Assembly (NCBI GenBank): GCA_040954595.2
Contig: CM082588.2
Coordinates: 10,462,844 to 10,526,843 of the forward strand
Length of the DNA: 64,000 nucleotides
Reading direction: 5' to 3'
DNA from: Balanoglossus misakiensis
Lineage: Eukaryota; Animalia; Hemichordata
Below, piece by piece: positions 37,850 to 52,060 of the stretch. The number at the start of each line of letters is the position of its first letter. Position 1 is the first letter of the stretch. The position numbers were made by a program, and so were the translations under genes. The notes under the pieces are model-generated. The model saw nothing but the letters and a program-made list of their open reading frames with translations. It made no database searches and was not told where the DNA came from.

Positions 37850-39100
37850 TTCCTATAGGTGTAATTGTTGCAAAGTTTGCACATTTGTAATTATGAGCCA
37901 AATTTTGCAATTTTTGGTCAAAAATCGTTTTCTCTGAAACCTCGTGCTTGTCAGATTGCTTTGGGAATTGGTAGGCATGTTCTCAGGGTTAAGCAATTGT
38001 AAGTTGTTTGAAAATTTTGTTGAAATTTGCTTATTTGTGTTCTTGAGGTAACTTGTGATTTTCTTGTTGAAACCACTTGTCAGATTGCTTTGAACTTTGG
38101 TAAGCATGTTCTCATCGAAGTAAGATATTGTATAATTTTGGTGATGTTTGCATTTTTGTGTTTGGCAGTTTTGGGACAGTTTTTTTAAATTAGATCATAT
38201 CTATTTGTTTGGTATTAGGTCATTAACAAAAAATTAAGTCATAGAGTTGGTCACACATATTACTTATAGCACAAGTTTGAAAAAAATGACCAGTTTGTGT
38301 CGCGTTATCTGCTTTCATTGAGGAGTAACAGCGCCCGCAAGTCAAGTGTTTATGTCACATTTGTATTGGTATATTCCAGTGGGACCTTATGAGATCGGTA
38401 CGTTGCATCTGTATGGATGTATGGGAGTATGTCCATCCACATCAAAAACTTGAAGACTGCTACGCGTACAACCTCGATATTTGGTGTGTAGATGCATACC
38501 GGGTTGTAGATGGGAGTTTGTTCAAACGAAGTTGACATTGCCAAAAATATGCAAATTTTCTGGGAAAAACCTTAATTTGGTCAAAACTCAGAAACTCAGC
38601 AACCCCTGGTCATAATGATTCTGTATGTTTTGAGGTAATACTTTGAATTTTCTATTTTTCGCATTTGTTTGTCTTTTTCTACATTTTTGTAAAAAAACTA
38701 CCTTTCTGGAATTAATCAGCCCACCTCTTTGAAATTTAGTATGGAGCTTCATATAGGTGATCTGAGTTACTAAAGTTTTGTTTAAATTGCTGCAAAATTT
38801 GCGAGCAATTTTTACCTTTTTGATCATTTTTTAAATGTAAAACAGCTCATAGATTGCTTTGGAAATTTGCATGTATGTTTGTCAAATCAACTAGAAGAAT
38901 TTAATATTATATTTTTGGGGTGATTTTTGCCATTTTTGGTCAAAACTCTTTCTCAGAACCCTCTACTCCATTGCTTTCAAATTTGATTTAAAGGTTCCTG
39001 GGTGCGTTGTCATGATAATTTACAAAACCAATGATGAAAGTGTCAATGCTTTTTGTTGGCAATATCTTGTATTTTGGGGGCATATTTTCCAATTTTGAAA
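37850..39100. repeat. Degenerate HINE-like repeats
   Basis: Recurrent cagattgctttgaaattt/ggtaggcatgtt motifs and a tgta/gtat microsatellite. A similar block lies at about 41250-41760. Confidence 0.5.
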
Positions 39101-39229
39101 AATAATAGTTCCCAGTGTATTACTCTAAAATTGAGTTAATAGTATTGGAATTATAATGGAATCAAATTATAGGTAATTCGGAACTTTTATATTTTGTAGG
39201 GTATTTTGTTATATACAAAAACAAAATTC

Positions 39230-41000
39230 ATCTCCGCGACCAGCTGTTCTTTTTGGTGCATGGACAGTGTTGGCCTGTCGATTTATCTATATTTAGAAAA
39301 TTTGATCAAATTCAAACTTGAATTGCATTGAATCAATTTTAATTCCCGCCAAGAACACTTTATTGACTACAAACGTTTGTTTTGTTGGATGGGTAAAATT
39401 TAAGACCTCTCGACCAACGCAGAGTGAAGTTTAATACTTTTGAAGTTGTCAAAATCGACTAAACAGAGCGAGAAAAACGGCAATTTGCGCTGTCGGCACA
39501 TTTCTTCTCCTGCCTCGAATTATCGACACCAGGACCCCCCCCCCCCCAAAAAAAAAAAAATATCAATTATGGATCATCAAATAACTAGACTGCATCGTCC
39601 ATGAAATCAAACTCGACGACAAAAAAACTTCGCCGATTCCGAGGTAAACGCATCCCGACAGGATAAGAACTCCGCTATTTGATGTCATCTGATTTCTCTG
39701 TAAACATTGGTTGGTCGTTACTTCGGGAATGGCACTTAATCTTCTCGGTTCGGCCTTTAATTTCCATGACCCCGGTTGTTTCGGCCAAGACGCAAACTGG
39801 TTCTTCACTTTGTAGTTCAGTAAAGTTGGCGAATGGGATAGTCTGTTAATGGTGAATGCAGGCCTGAACGCAGTGCTAGCGAACGGGACAAATTGACATA
39901 ATAAAAGCGAGCGTGTTGTCAGATTAGTGGGACTGTCATATCATGAACACAATACGGGAGGCGTGATAAGGGCATTATAAAGAGCGAGCGTGAAACAGAC
40001 ATGGAAACGATCGACAGTACGGTACAGTGGCTGTGGGTAGAGCGAGCATGTTGCTGTGCCGAACACATTCACCATGTTTGTTAAATACAACACACACCGA
40101 CTTGACCTGCGGCCGCAGCTGCAGCTTCCTAACGCGCCCTAATCCAAGCAGTTTACGATCTCGTGGATCGTGGTTGGACCAACAAAATGACCCAGAAAGA
40201 GAACCACATTAGGAAGTATTATAGGTCTGTTTCCTCAAAGTCGAATAGGTGCAAAACTTAACGCACATCAAAATGTTGCCCAGACAACGGAAGTTAGCAG
40301 TTTGCTTGCTCGGTTTGAAATGCGCGGCTGTGGTAGAAAATTACCCCCTGTTCTTAGGGACGTGAGCCACCCCCCTGAGACAATGGTGCACTCACACTCG
40401 AGAACATAGGTTTGCTATTTGCATATACAAATGGAATATTCCTTCGAATGCGAGCATGTTCCAGTGCGTTCTAAAATAATAAAATATGCAGCTATAGCAT
40501 GTATGCATATTCATTAGTGTGTCGTAATGCTAACTATGGTCTGTGATTGGGTAACAAGTCCCACTCTCCATAACAACAGGTGATCATTGACCCGTTTCCG
40601 GTGTGCGACGCCGGGTTTCGACCACTTTCCTTCTTACTGCCGCGGGATCAAGACGTCTTTTCGGTAGGCTCATAATCCAGTCATTGCTTTTAGTACCATA
40701 GCCTATGTAGCTACGTTACCGTCGCTCGATTGTTTAGTCTGGTATTAGGTGATTTGCAGCTATCCGTTCAACACCTTGTAGTTGAACAGAAGTAGGTCTT
40801 ATTCCAGAAAAAAATCCGAGCTACGGGCGTGCAGCTAGCCATGCCTCTCGGCCATTCTGTGTATGGCTTCGCTGCTGACCCTGAGGTCATAATCGAGAAA
40901 GTCTAGACATATTTATAGGGTTATACTCTGTGAGAATTTTATTGCTAGGCCTCTTGCCTAAGCGCACGTAGAGCCAGTGTTTGCATTTTTTTTTAATTTT
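39230..41000. promoter_or_regulatory. CpG-rich region with promoter-type motifs
   Basis: Locally high CpG content. ttcccgcc (E2F-like, ~39343), cggaagt (ETS-like, ~40288), gattgg (~40545), tttccgg (~40595). No downstream gene identified. Confidence 0.3.
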
Positions 41001-44000
41001 ACGGTTTAAACGTGGTTGGTGTATTTTCGCTTTTCTGTTTGTTTTTTCGTAACATTTTACTGTTTACATGTTGTTGGCGTATTTTCGCTTTTCTGGTGTG
41101 ATTTCCACCTCACTGTTGGCATACTTAAACAATTATCCTAATTTTTATTGGGCAAACCGATAAAACCAAAACCACCACAAGTAAAGAAAATTGTAATCTG
41201 TTTGGTGATAACCCTTTTAGCTTTGAGAGATAACCGATTTGATGTTTTAGTAAAACCAAATTTTTGACCAGGGTGACAAGCATTTTTTTCTCTGAGAGTC
41301 GTGTTGCTTTGAAGCATACATTTGGATATATGGTCCCATTTGATGAAAACCTGGTTGATGAAAAATGTGCATATTTATAATTTTGTAGAATTTTTTGTCT
41401 TTTTTGGTCAAAAATTGTTTTATCTAAAACTGCTTGTCAGATTGCTTTCAAATTTTGCAGGGTTGTTCCTTGGGAATAATTAAGTGAGATGTTTTAGAAA
41501 AATACTTGAAATATGCATATTTGCGTTTTGTGTGTGATAGTTTTGGAATTTTTCATTAAAAATTATTTTCTTTCAAACTGATTGTCAGATTGCCTTGAGC
41601 TTTGGTAGGCATGTTCCCTGAAGCGATTGACGTAAGATATTGTACAATTTTGGTGAAAATACTGATTTTTCTGAAACTGCATATGGGATTGCTTTGAAAT
41701 TTGATAGTATTATTGCAATGGGTAACCCAAGTTTTGTCTGATTGTGTTGATTTCCCTATACTGAGACTCGCCAAGTACACTATATGTTTATATCACTAGA
41801 GAGTTCAGAATCCAATATGGCCGCCATACGAACTGGGACATACTGTGTAATCTGATTATTTTCTAAACTTGTCATATTTTAATTTCTCGATCTCACAAAT
41901 AAAAATGAAATGCCAAAAACTTAGTAACTTTCGTTTCTTCCCGCTTGGTGTCCATTAAAGTCTTTTTCCTCCCACTGGGAAAGTGGCTAGAGTCAATATG
42001 TGCATAATGGCAGCATTATATGGCACTGAATAAATGGCAGGGGTGTTTACATCTCCTAATTTGTTTTCACTTAAACCATGATAAATATCTAACATTATAT
42101 GATCATATTGTGTATGCAACTCGGAGATGCGTTTCACTTCAGGGTTGGAAGTTTGTTTAGTCAAGTCTGGGAAGTGACATGTCTTCAAAGTGACTGATGT
42201 TATCTGCTTAGAGCTGAATGCCCATGGGTGTTCTTTCCTAGAAATACATTTTCTTTGCATTTCATAGACCTGTGTATAATTATAATTTCAGTTATATATT
42301 CTAATTTGTGTTTAGGTAGAGTATGCATGGAATTAAAATAATTATTCTGTAATTACCCAACAAAAATGTTTGTCTTACAATTGTCTAGCAAGTGGGTATT
42401 TTGATTGTTAATTTGCACAGGCAACATTATGGAAGTAGCATAAAGAGTATTCGATAATATAGCAGACCTTCTAGCCAGAAAGAAGAGCTTAGAAGATTTA
42501 TCAGCTCATAATATTCCTTTAACCAATGAACTTTATATGAACTTGCACACCTGCCTTCAAGATACAGGGATTAATGTTCAGGAAACCTTACCAGCTCTAG
42601 TACATTTATTTCAGCCAGAAATTGAATTACCAGAAAAAAAAATCAGTAATGTTACAAAGAAACAGTAAGAAAATAAATGGAGAAAGCCAGCAAGGAAGGC
42701 AGAAAAGTGGAATACATGAAATACACAGTTTGCTTAAACTACATGTGTATGCAGTAAAAACTGTATGGTGCAAGGACGTTCAGTTTTATGATTTATAGCC
42801 AGCCAGTCTTTCCATGCATATCATACCAAAATTAATATGAAAATCGTGTAAATGTTAATAGACTACAAGGATAGTACAAATACATGTAGACATTACACTA
42901 TCCAACTTTCTCCACTTTTGATATCTGCCCAACACAGGCAAGCAAAAGGGCCGATCTGAGAGTTTGACTTGAATGATGGCAATTTTTGCTGTCCAGAAGT
43001 AACTGTATAAAATATTTTTGGTAGTAGTATTATTGCTCAAAATACACAAGAATTTAAATATTTCCACTCACTACAGTGATTGAACTGATTTTCAGCAAAT
43101 TGCAGTGTATAAACAGATATTGCCATCTAATGAAATATCAATCCAATATGGCCGCCCATTTGCAATGGTAAAATGCTAGGTTTTTCCTTTTTTGAGCGCC
43201 TGGGAATTTAAATTGTAATCCAGATATCAAAAACTGAAGTCACTATCTGTATCTGCACATATATTGTAATATATTCTGAAAATTTCGTTACAATTAGATC
43301 AACTATGATTGAGACACGGAACATCAAACATTGCAAAATTTCATATTTCCCATGGTGCCATGCAAAAAATAGAGAGATTTTCTTTACAAGTTTAGATGAT
43401 CTCCTGTAAAACTGAAAGAAGTATTCTTCTGTGAATCGTGCATAATTTTTTGAAAAATGTTGAAGATACTTGAGAATATCAGTATTTTTTGATGCTTTTG
43501 TACCTTGAAAACTGGTGAACCGATTTTGATAATTTTCTTTATTATAACCTACAAAGACCTATAAAATTTTTTATCAGTAAAATAAACAGCCTTATATAAT
43601 TTTACCGGTCCAGCTGTTACAGAGACCACCGGCTATTTTATTATAAACTGGTGGTAGGTCAGTGAATGCCTCTGTCTGATTGGACTAATTAGCTTGTCAT
43701 ACTCGCATGTATTTTACAGACAGTTTTTGGACAAAAATCTGTTTTTTTTTAGTGCTGCTTGTAAGATTGCAGTGACACATAACACTTGATTGAGCATGGT
43801 GAATTTTTTTATGTTTCCATAGTATTTGAATATTTTTGCCATATATGCTTGCCAATGTCGCCCGCGATTTAATTCTGGTGAATACCTAAAATCTGTGTAA
43901 TCCCCAAATGGCACAACAGTTTCCTATACGCTATGTTTTAAGAAGTTAATTATACATAGACATAGTGACCTCTGGCTTACCATTTCTAGCCATCCACAAC

Positions 44001-44491
44001 AGATACAGAGTTTGCTTTCTGTTGGAATCATGCTAACTGCTTTGGCCCCTGTAATGTTGCATGTTCCTTTAATTGTCTTCTTCATGTTGGCCATATTGGA
44101 TTTTCTGATAACCTCTTAAAGTTGACATTTTTTCAAAACTACATGGCCAATCAAGTTCTAATTTACTGTCCCTTCCAATTTTTTTCAATAATATTGTTAG
44201 TGGTCATGCGACTTTGGATTCATTATGGATTGTTGAAAAATCTCATTTAACATTTCCAAAATCTTTTTCTAATCAAGTTTTCAAGTGTATTGTGATTAGT
44301 TAAACCTTATTGGAGCCAAATTGGACTTTCTGAACTCTAATTAAAGACAAAGATTTCCTATTTCTAGCCTACTCATTTAAAGCACACATTCATTTTATTG
44401 ATACGAGTCACCATATGTATAGAATACGTTACATTTTTTGGCAAATTTCACATGTCCTTTGATTCAGATTTGTTAGAACTGAATTGTACTT

Positions 44492-45530
44492 GGATATGTC
44501 TCTTGTTAAAAAGCACAACAGTCATGATTGTGTTCACATGAGTTTTATTGCTGCCAGGACATAACCCAAATATTTTGATAATTTTGGCAATGACCCTTGT
44601 TCTACTTGGATATGTCTCTAGTCTTGTTAAAAAGCACAACAGTCATAATTGTGTTCACATGAGTTTTATTGCTGCCAGGACATAACCCAAATATTTTGAT
44701 AATTTTGGCGATGACCCTTGATCTACTTGGATATGTCTCTTGTTAAAAAGCACAACAGTCATGATTTTGTTCACATGAGTTTTATTGCTGCCAGGACATA
44801 ACCAAAATATTTTGATAATTTTGGCAATGACCCTTGATCTACTTGGATATGTCTCTTGTTAAAAAACACAACAGTCATAATTGTGTTCACATGAGTTTTA
44901 TTGCTGCCTGGACATAACCTACATATTTTGATAATGTTGGCAATGATCCTTGATCTACTTGGATATGCCTCTTGTTAAAAAGCACAACAGTCATGATTGT
45001 GTTCACATGAGTTTTATTGCTGCCAGGACATAACCCAAATATTTTGATAATTTTGGCAATGACCCTTGATCTACTTGGATATGTCTCTTGTTAAAAAGCA
45101 CAACAGTCATGATTGTGTTCACACGAGTTTTATTGCTGCCAGGACATAACCCAAATATTTTGATAATTTTGGCAATGACCCTTGATCTACTTGGATATGT
45201 CTCTTGTTAAAAAGCACAACAGTCATTATTGTGTTCATATGAGTTTTATTGCTGCCAGGACATAACCAAAATATTTTGATAATTTTGGCAATGACCCTTG
45301 ATCTACTTGGATAGGTCTCTTGTTAAAAAGCACAACAGTCATGATTTTGTTCACATGAGTTATATTGCTGCCAGGACATAACCCAAATATTTTGATAATT
45401 TTGGCCATGACCCTTGATCTACTTGGATATGTCTCTTGTTAAAAAGCACAACAGTCATGATATTGTACACATGAGTACTATTGCTGCCTGGACATAACCC
45501 AAATATTTTGATAATTTTGGCCATGATCTA
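44492..45530. repeat. 116-bp tandem array, ~9 copies
   Basis: ggatatg at 44729, 44845, 44961... Confidence 0.95.
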
Positions 45531-47214
45531 CTTTCCCATAACTTGCCATGCACAGCAGATACGGCTTTCAAATTTAGAGGACTGGAACACCTAATGAAGT
45601 ATTAATCTTTAACACAATCGTTATGTACTTATCCTATTTAAAGTTAACCAATTGAGCTTAGAAGTTTGGTTCTTGTTGGACACTTATCAGTTTGATGTCA
45701 AAATTTGTTGGCACAAATTTGCGTGACCTCTGGCTTACTTACCATTTCTCAGCATCCATAACAGATACAGCCTTTGCTTTCTGTTGGAACCATGCTAACC
45801 ACTTTGGTCACTCCAATGCTGCTTATAGTTGGGTCTTCTTCATGGCGGCCATATTGGATTTTCTGATAATCTCTAAAAGTGTACATTTTTTTCTAAACTG
45901 CAGGGCCAATCAAGTTCTAATTTACTGGCCGTTCCAATTTTTTTTCAATTATATTAATAGTGGTCATGTGAATTTGGATTTATTATGGATTTTTTCAAAA
46001 ACTCATGAAGATTTCCAAAATCTTTTTTAATCAAGCTTTCAAGTGAATTGTGATTGGTTAAACCTTATTGAAGCCAAATTGGATTGTCTGAACTCCGATT
46101 AAAAACTAAAATTTCCTATTTCAAGGCTACTGAATGATAGCACACCAATCCTTTTGATGGATACGAGTCACCATAAGACCAGAATATGTTAAACAATTTT
46201 TATCAACTTTCACATGTCCTTTCATCCATTTTTTCAACACTTAATTATACAATTTTTTTGCAACTGTCATTCGTCTTTTGATCCAGATCTTTCAGAACTT
46301 AATTCTACGTTGATATGCCTCTTGTTAAAAAGCACAAGAGTCGTGATTTTGTTCACATGAGTACTACTGCTGCCCGGACATAACCCAAATATTTTGATAA
46401 TTTTGGCAGTAACTTTTGATCTACATTCCCATAACTTGGCATGCACAGCAGATACAGCTTTTAAATTTAGAGGACTGGAACACCTAATAAAGTACATGTA
46501 TTAACTTTAACACAATAATTATGTATATAAGCTATTTAAAGTTAACCAATAAAGCGTAGAAGTCTGCTTTTTGTTGGACACTGATCAGTTTGGTATCAAA
46601 TTTTGTTGGCACATTTTGCATCACCTCTGGCATACTTTACCATTTCTAGGCATCCACAACAGATGCAGCATTTGCTTTCTGTTGGAACCATGCTAACCGC
46701 TTTGGCCACTCCAATGCTGCTTGTAGCTCTAATTGTCTTCTTCATGGTGGCCATATTGGAATTTCTAATAACCTTTAAAAGTTGACATTTTCATAAACTA
46801 CAGGGCCAATCAAATTCTAGTTTACTGTAGGGTTGAAAGTTTGACAAAAATATCATTAGTGGTCAAGTGACTTTGGGTGCCTAATTGGATTGTTTAAAAA
46901 TCTCATTAAAAAATTACAGAACATCTTTTTCTAATCAAGTTTTCAAGTGAATTGTGATTGGTGTCACCTTATTGGAGCCAAATTGGATTTTTCTAAACAC
47001 TGATTAAAAACTAAGATTTTCTATTTCTAGCCTACTCATTGAAAGCACACAAATTAATTTTATGGATACGAGTCGCCATATGACTAGAATACGTTACATT
47101 TTTTGGCAACTTTCACATGTCCTTTGATCCAGTTTTTTCAAAACTTGATTAAACAATTTGTTGGCAACTCTCGCATGTCCTTTGACCCAGTAATTCCATA
47201 ACTAAATTTTATGT

Positions 47215-47785
47215 GGATATGGCTCTTGATAAAAAGCTAAACAGTCATGATTTTGTTCAAAGAGTACTACTGCTGCCAGGACATAACCCAAATATTTTGA
47301 TAATTTTGGCAATGACCCTTGATCTACTTGGATATGTCTCTTGTTAAAAAGCACAACAGTCATGATTTTGTTCACATGAGTTTTATTGCTGCCAGGACAT
47401 AACCCAAATATTTTGATAATTTTGGCAATGACCCTTGATCTACTTGGATATGTCTCTTGTTAAAAAGCACAACAGTCATGATTTTGTTCACATGAGTTTT
47501 ATTGCTGCCAGGACATAACCCAAATATTTTGATAATTTTGGCCATGACCCTTGATCTACTTGGATATGTCTCTTGTTAAAAAGCACAACAGTCATGATTT
47601 TGTTCACATGAGTTTTATTGCTGCCAGGACATAACCCAAATATTTTGATAATTTTGGCCATGACCCTTGATCTACTTGCATATGTCTCTTGTTAAAAAGC
47701 ACAACAGTCATGATTTTGTACACATGAGTACTATTGCTGCCTGGACATAACCCAAATATTTTGATAATTTTGGCCATGATCTACT
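47215..47785. repeat. 116-bp tandem array, ~5 copies
   Basis: Same unit. Confidence 0.93.
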
Positions 47786-48714
47786 TTCCCATAATTTGAC
47801 ATGCACAGCAGATATGGCTTTCAAATATAGAGGACTGGAACACCTAATGAAGTATTAATCTTTAACACAATCATTATGTACTTATCCTATTTAAAGTTAA
47901 CCAATTGAGCTTAGAAGTTTGGTTCTTGTTGGACACTTATCAGTTTGATATCAAAATTTGTTGGCACAAATTTCCGTGACCTCTGGCTTACCTACCATTC
48001 TAAGAATCCATAACAGATACAGAGTTTGCTTTCTGTTGGAACCATGCTAACTGCTTTGGCCCCTGTGATGCTGCATGTTCTTTTAATTGTCTTCTTCATG
48101 GTGGCCATATTGGATTTTCTGATAACCTTTAAAAGTTGACATTTTTTTTCAAAAATTACAAGGCCAATCAAGTTCTAATTTACTGTACGTTCCAATTTTT
48201 TAAAATAATATTGTTAGTGTTCATGTGAATTTGGATTTATTATGGATTTTTGAAAAATCCCATGAAAAATTTCCAAAATCTTTTTTTAATCACGCTTTCG
48301 CGTAAAATGTGATTGGTTAAACCTTATTGAAGCCTAATTGGATTTTCTGAACTCCGATTAAAAACTAAAATTTCCTATTTGTAGGCTACTGAATGATAGC
48401 ACACCAAGCCTTTTTATGGATAGAGTCAACATAAGACCAGAATGTTAAAATTTTTTGTCAACTTTCACATGTCCATTGATCCTTTTTTTAACACTTAATT
48501 ATACAATTTTTTGCAACTTTCATTTTCCCTTTGATCAAGATCTTTCAGAACTTAATTGTACATTGATATGTCTCTTGTTAAAAAGCACAACAGTCATGAT
48601 TTTGTTCACATGAGTACTACTCTGGCAGGACATAACCCAAATATTTTGATAATTTTGGCAATGACCCTTGATCTACATTTCCAAAACTTGGCATGCACAG
48701 CAGATACAGCTTTT

Positions 48715-49108
48715 ATTAGCTCTGCTGTCACTTGTGTCAGCCGAGCTGTAGCAGTAGGTTGATAAATGTCTGTCCGTCGTCTGTCGTCCGTCATCCGTCG
48801 TCCGTCAACTTTTGGTCTGTCGTCCGTCATCCGTCGTCCGTCAACTTTTGGTATTTCAATCTTCTTCTATAAAACTACTTGGCATATTTAGCTGAAATTT
48901 GGTTGGAATGTGTGTTATGGTGCCCTTACCTGATTTTGTTAATTTGGATTTGATCGGGTCATGAATATGCAAATTAGATCTAAAAATAAAATTTTTGGTA
49001 AAAAAATCTTCTTCTCCCTAACTACATGTACGATGGAGCTGAAAATTGGTAGGAATGTGTGGTATGGTGCCCCTACCTGATTTTGTTAATTGGAATTTTG
49101 ATGGGGTC
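48715..49108 (+). mobile_element. Truncated copy of the HINE at 54921
   Basis: Same 5' end and insertion site (gatacagctttt|attagctctgctg). The 3' end and adjacent flank are deleted at about 49108. Confidence 0.85.
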
Positions 49109-49637
49109 TGCTTTCTGTTGGAACCTTGGTCCCTCCAATGCTACTTTTAGTTGTAATTGTCTTCTTCATGGCGGCCATATTGGATTTTCTAATAAGCTTT
49201 AAAGGTTGACATTTTCATAAACTACAGGGCCAATCAAGTTCTAATTTACTGTGCGGTTGAAAGTTTGATAAAATATCATTAGTGGTCATGTGACTTTTGG
49301 TGCCTTATTGGATTTTTTAAAAATCTCATTCAAAAATTACGAAAATCTTTTTCTAATCAAGTTTTCAAGTGAATTGTGATTGGTTTAACCTTATCAGAGC
49401 CAAATTGGATTTTCTGAACTCCGATTAAAAGCTAAAATTCCTTTTTTTTATCCTACTCATTGAAAGCACACAAATTCTTTCTGTGGATACGAGTCACCAT
49501 ATGACTAGAATATGTTACATTTTTTGACAACTTTCATATGTTCTTTGATCCAGTTTTTTTTCAGTATTTGATTAAACAATTTGTTGGCGACTCTCGCATG
49601 TCCTTTGATCCAGTAATTCCATGACTTAATTTTATGT

Positions 49638-52060
49638 GGATATGGCTCTTGATAAAAAGCTCAACAGTCATGATTTTGTTCAAAGAGTACTACTGCTGCC
49701 AGGACATAACCCAAATATTTTGATAATTTTGGCAATGACCCTTGATCTACTTGGATATGTCTCTTGTTAAAAAGCACAACAGTCATGATTTTGTTCACAT
49801 GAGTTTTATTGCTGCCAGGACATAACCCAAATATTTTGATAATCTTGGTAATGACCCTTGATCCCTTGGATATGTCTCTTGTTAAAAAGCACAACAGTCA
49901 TGATTTTGTTCACATGAGTTTTATTGTTGCCAGGACATAACCCAAATATTTTGATAATTTTGGCCATGACCCTTGATCTACTTGGATATGTCTCTTGTTA
50001 AAAAGCACAACAGTCATGATTTTGTTCACATGAGTTTTGTCGCTGCCAGGACATAACCCAAATATTTTGATAACTTTGGCAATGACCCTTGATCTACTTG
50101 GATATGTCTCTTGTTAAAAAGCACAACAGTCATGATTTTGTTCACATGAGTTTTATTGCTGCCAGGACATAACCCAAATATTTTGATAATCTTGGCAATG
50201 ACCCTTGATCTACTTGGATATGTCTCTTGTTAAAAAGCACAACAGTCATGATTTTGTTCACATGAGTTTTATTGCTGCCAGGACATTACCCAAATATTTT
50301 GATAATTTTGGCAATGACCCTTGATCTACTTGGATATGTCTCTTGTTAAAAGGCACAACAGTCATGATTTTGTTCACATGAGTTTTATTGCTGCCAGGAC
50401 ATAATCCAAATATTTTGATAATCTTGGTAATGACCCTTGATCTACTTGGATATGTCTCTTGTTAAAAAGCACAACAGTCATGATTTTGTTCACATGAGTA
50501 CTATTGCTGCCTGGACATAACCCAAATATTTTGATAATTTTGGCAATGACCCTTGATCTACTTGGATATGTCTCTTGTTAAAAGCACAACAGTCATGATT
50601 TTGTTCACATGAGTTTTATTGCTGCCAGGACATAACCCAAATATTTTGATAATCATGGCAATGACCCTTGATCTACTTGGATATGTCTCTTGTTAAAAAG
50701 CACAACAGTCATGATTTTGTTCACATGAGTTTTATTGCTGCCAGGACATAACCCAAATATTTTGATAATTTTGGCAATGACCCTTGATCTACTTGGATAT
50801 GTCTCTTGTTAAAAGGCACAACAGTCATGATTTTGTTCACATGAGTTTTACTGCTGCCAGGACATAACCCAAATATTTTGATAATCTTGGTAATGACCCT
50901 TGATCTACTTGGATATGTCTCTTGTTAAAAAGCACAACAGTCATGATTTTGTTCACATGAGTACTATTGCTGCCTGGACATAACCCAAATATTTTGATAA
51001 TTTTGGCAATGACCCTTGATCTACTTGGATATGTCTCTTGTTAAAAAGCACAACAGTCATGATTTTGTTCACATGAGTACTATTGCTGCCTGGACATAAC
51101 CCAAATATTTTGATAATTTTGGCAATGACCCTTGATCTACTTGGATATGCCTCTTGTTAAAAAGCACAACAGTCATGATTTTGTTCACATGAGTACTATT
51201 GCTGCCTGGACATAACCCAAATATTTTGATAATTTTGGCAATGACCCTTGATCTACTTGGATATGTCTCTTGTTAAAAAGCACAACAGTCATGATTTTGT
51301 TCACATGAGTACTATTGGTGCCTGGACATAACCCAAATATTTTGATAATTTTGGCAATGACCCTTGATCTACTTGGATATGTCTCTTGTTAAAAAGCACA
51401 ACAGTCATGATTTTGTTCACATGAGTTTTATTGCTGCCAGGACATAACCCAAATATTTTGATAATTTTGGCAATGACCCTTGATCTACTTGGATATGTCT
51501 CTTGTTAAAAAGCACAACAGTCATGATTTTGTTCACATGAGTTTTATTGCTGCCAGGACATAACCCATATATTTTGATCATTTTGGCAATGACCCTTGAT
51601 CTACTTGGATATGTCTCTTGTTAAAAAGCACAATAGTCATGATTTTGTTCACATGAGTTTTATTGCTGCCAGGACATAACCCAAATATTTGGATAATTTT
51701 GGCAATGACCCTTGATCTACTTGGATATGTCTCTTGTTAAAAAGCACAACAGTCATGATTTTGTTCATATGAATTTTATTGCTGCCAGGACATAACCCAA
51801 ATATTTTGATTATTTCGGCCATGACCCTTGATCTACTTGGATATGTCTCTTGTTAAAAAGCACAACAGTCATGATTTTGTTCACATGAGTTTTATTGTTG
51901 CCAGGACATAACCCAAATATTTTGATAATTTTGGCCATGACCCTTGATCTACTTGGATATGTCTCTTGTTAAAAAGCACAACAGTCATGATTTTGTACAC
52001 ATGAATACTATTGCTGCCAGGACATAACCCAAATATTTTGATAATTTTGGCCATGATCTT
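49638..52060. repeat. 116-bp tandem array, ~21 copies
   Basis: Same unit, highly homogeneous. Confidence 0.96.

Noticed and set aside
44492-52060. CRISPR-like array
   Set aside because: The units are full tandem 116-bp repeats with no unique spacers, there are no cas genes, and the context is eukaryotic.
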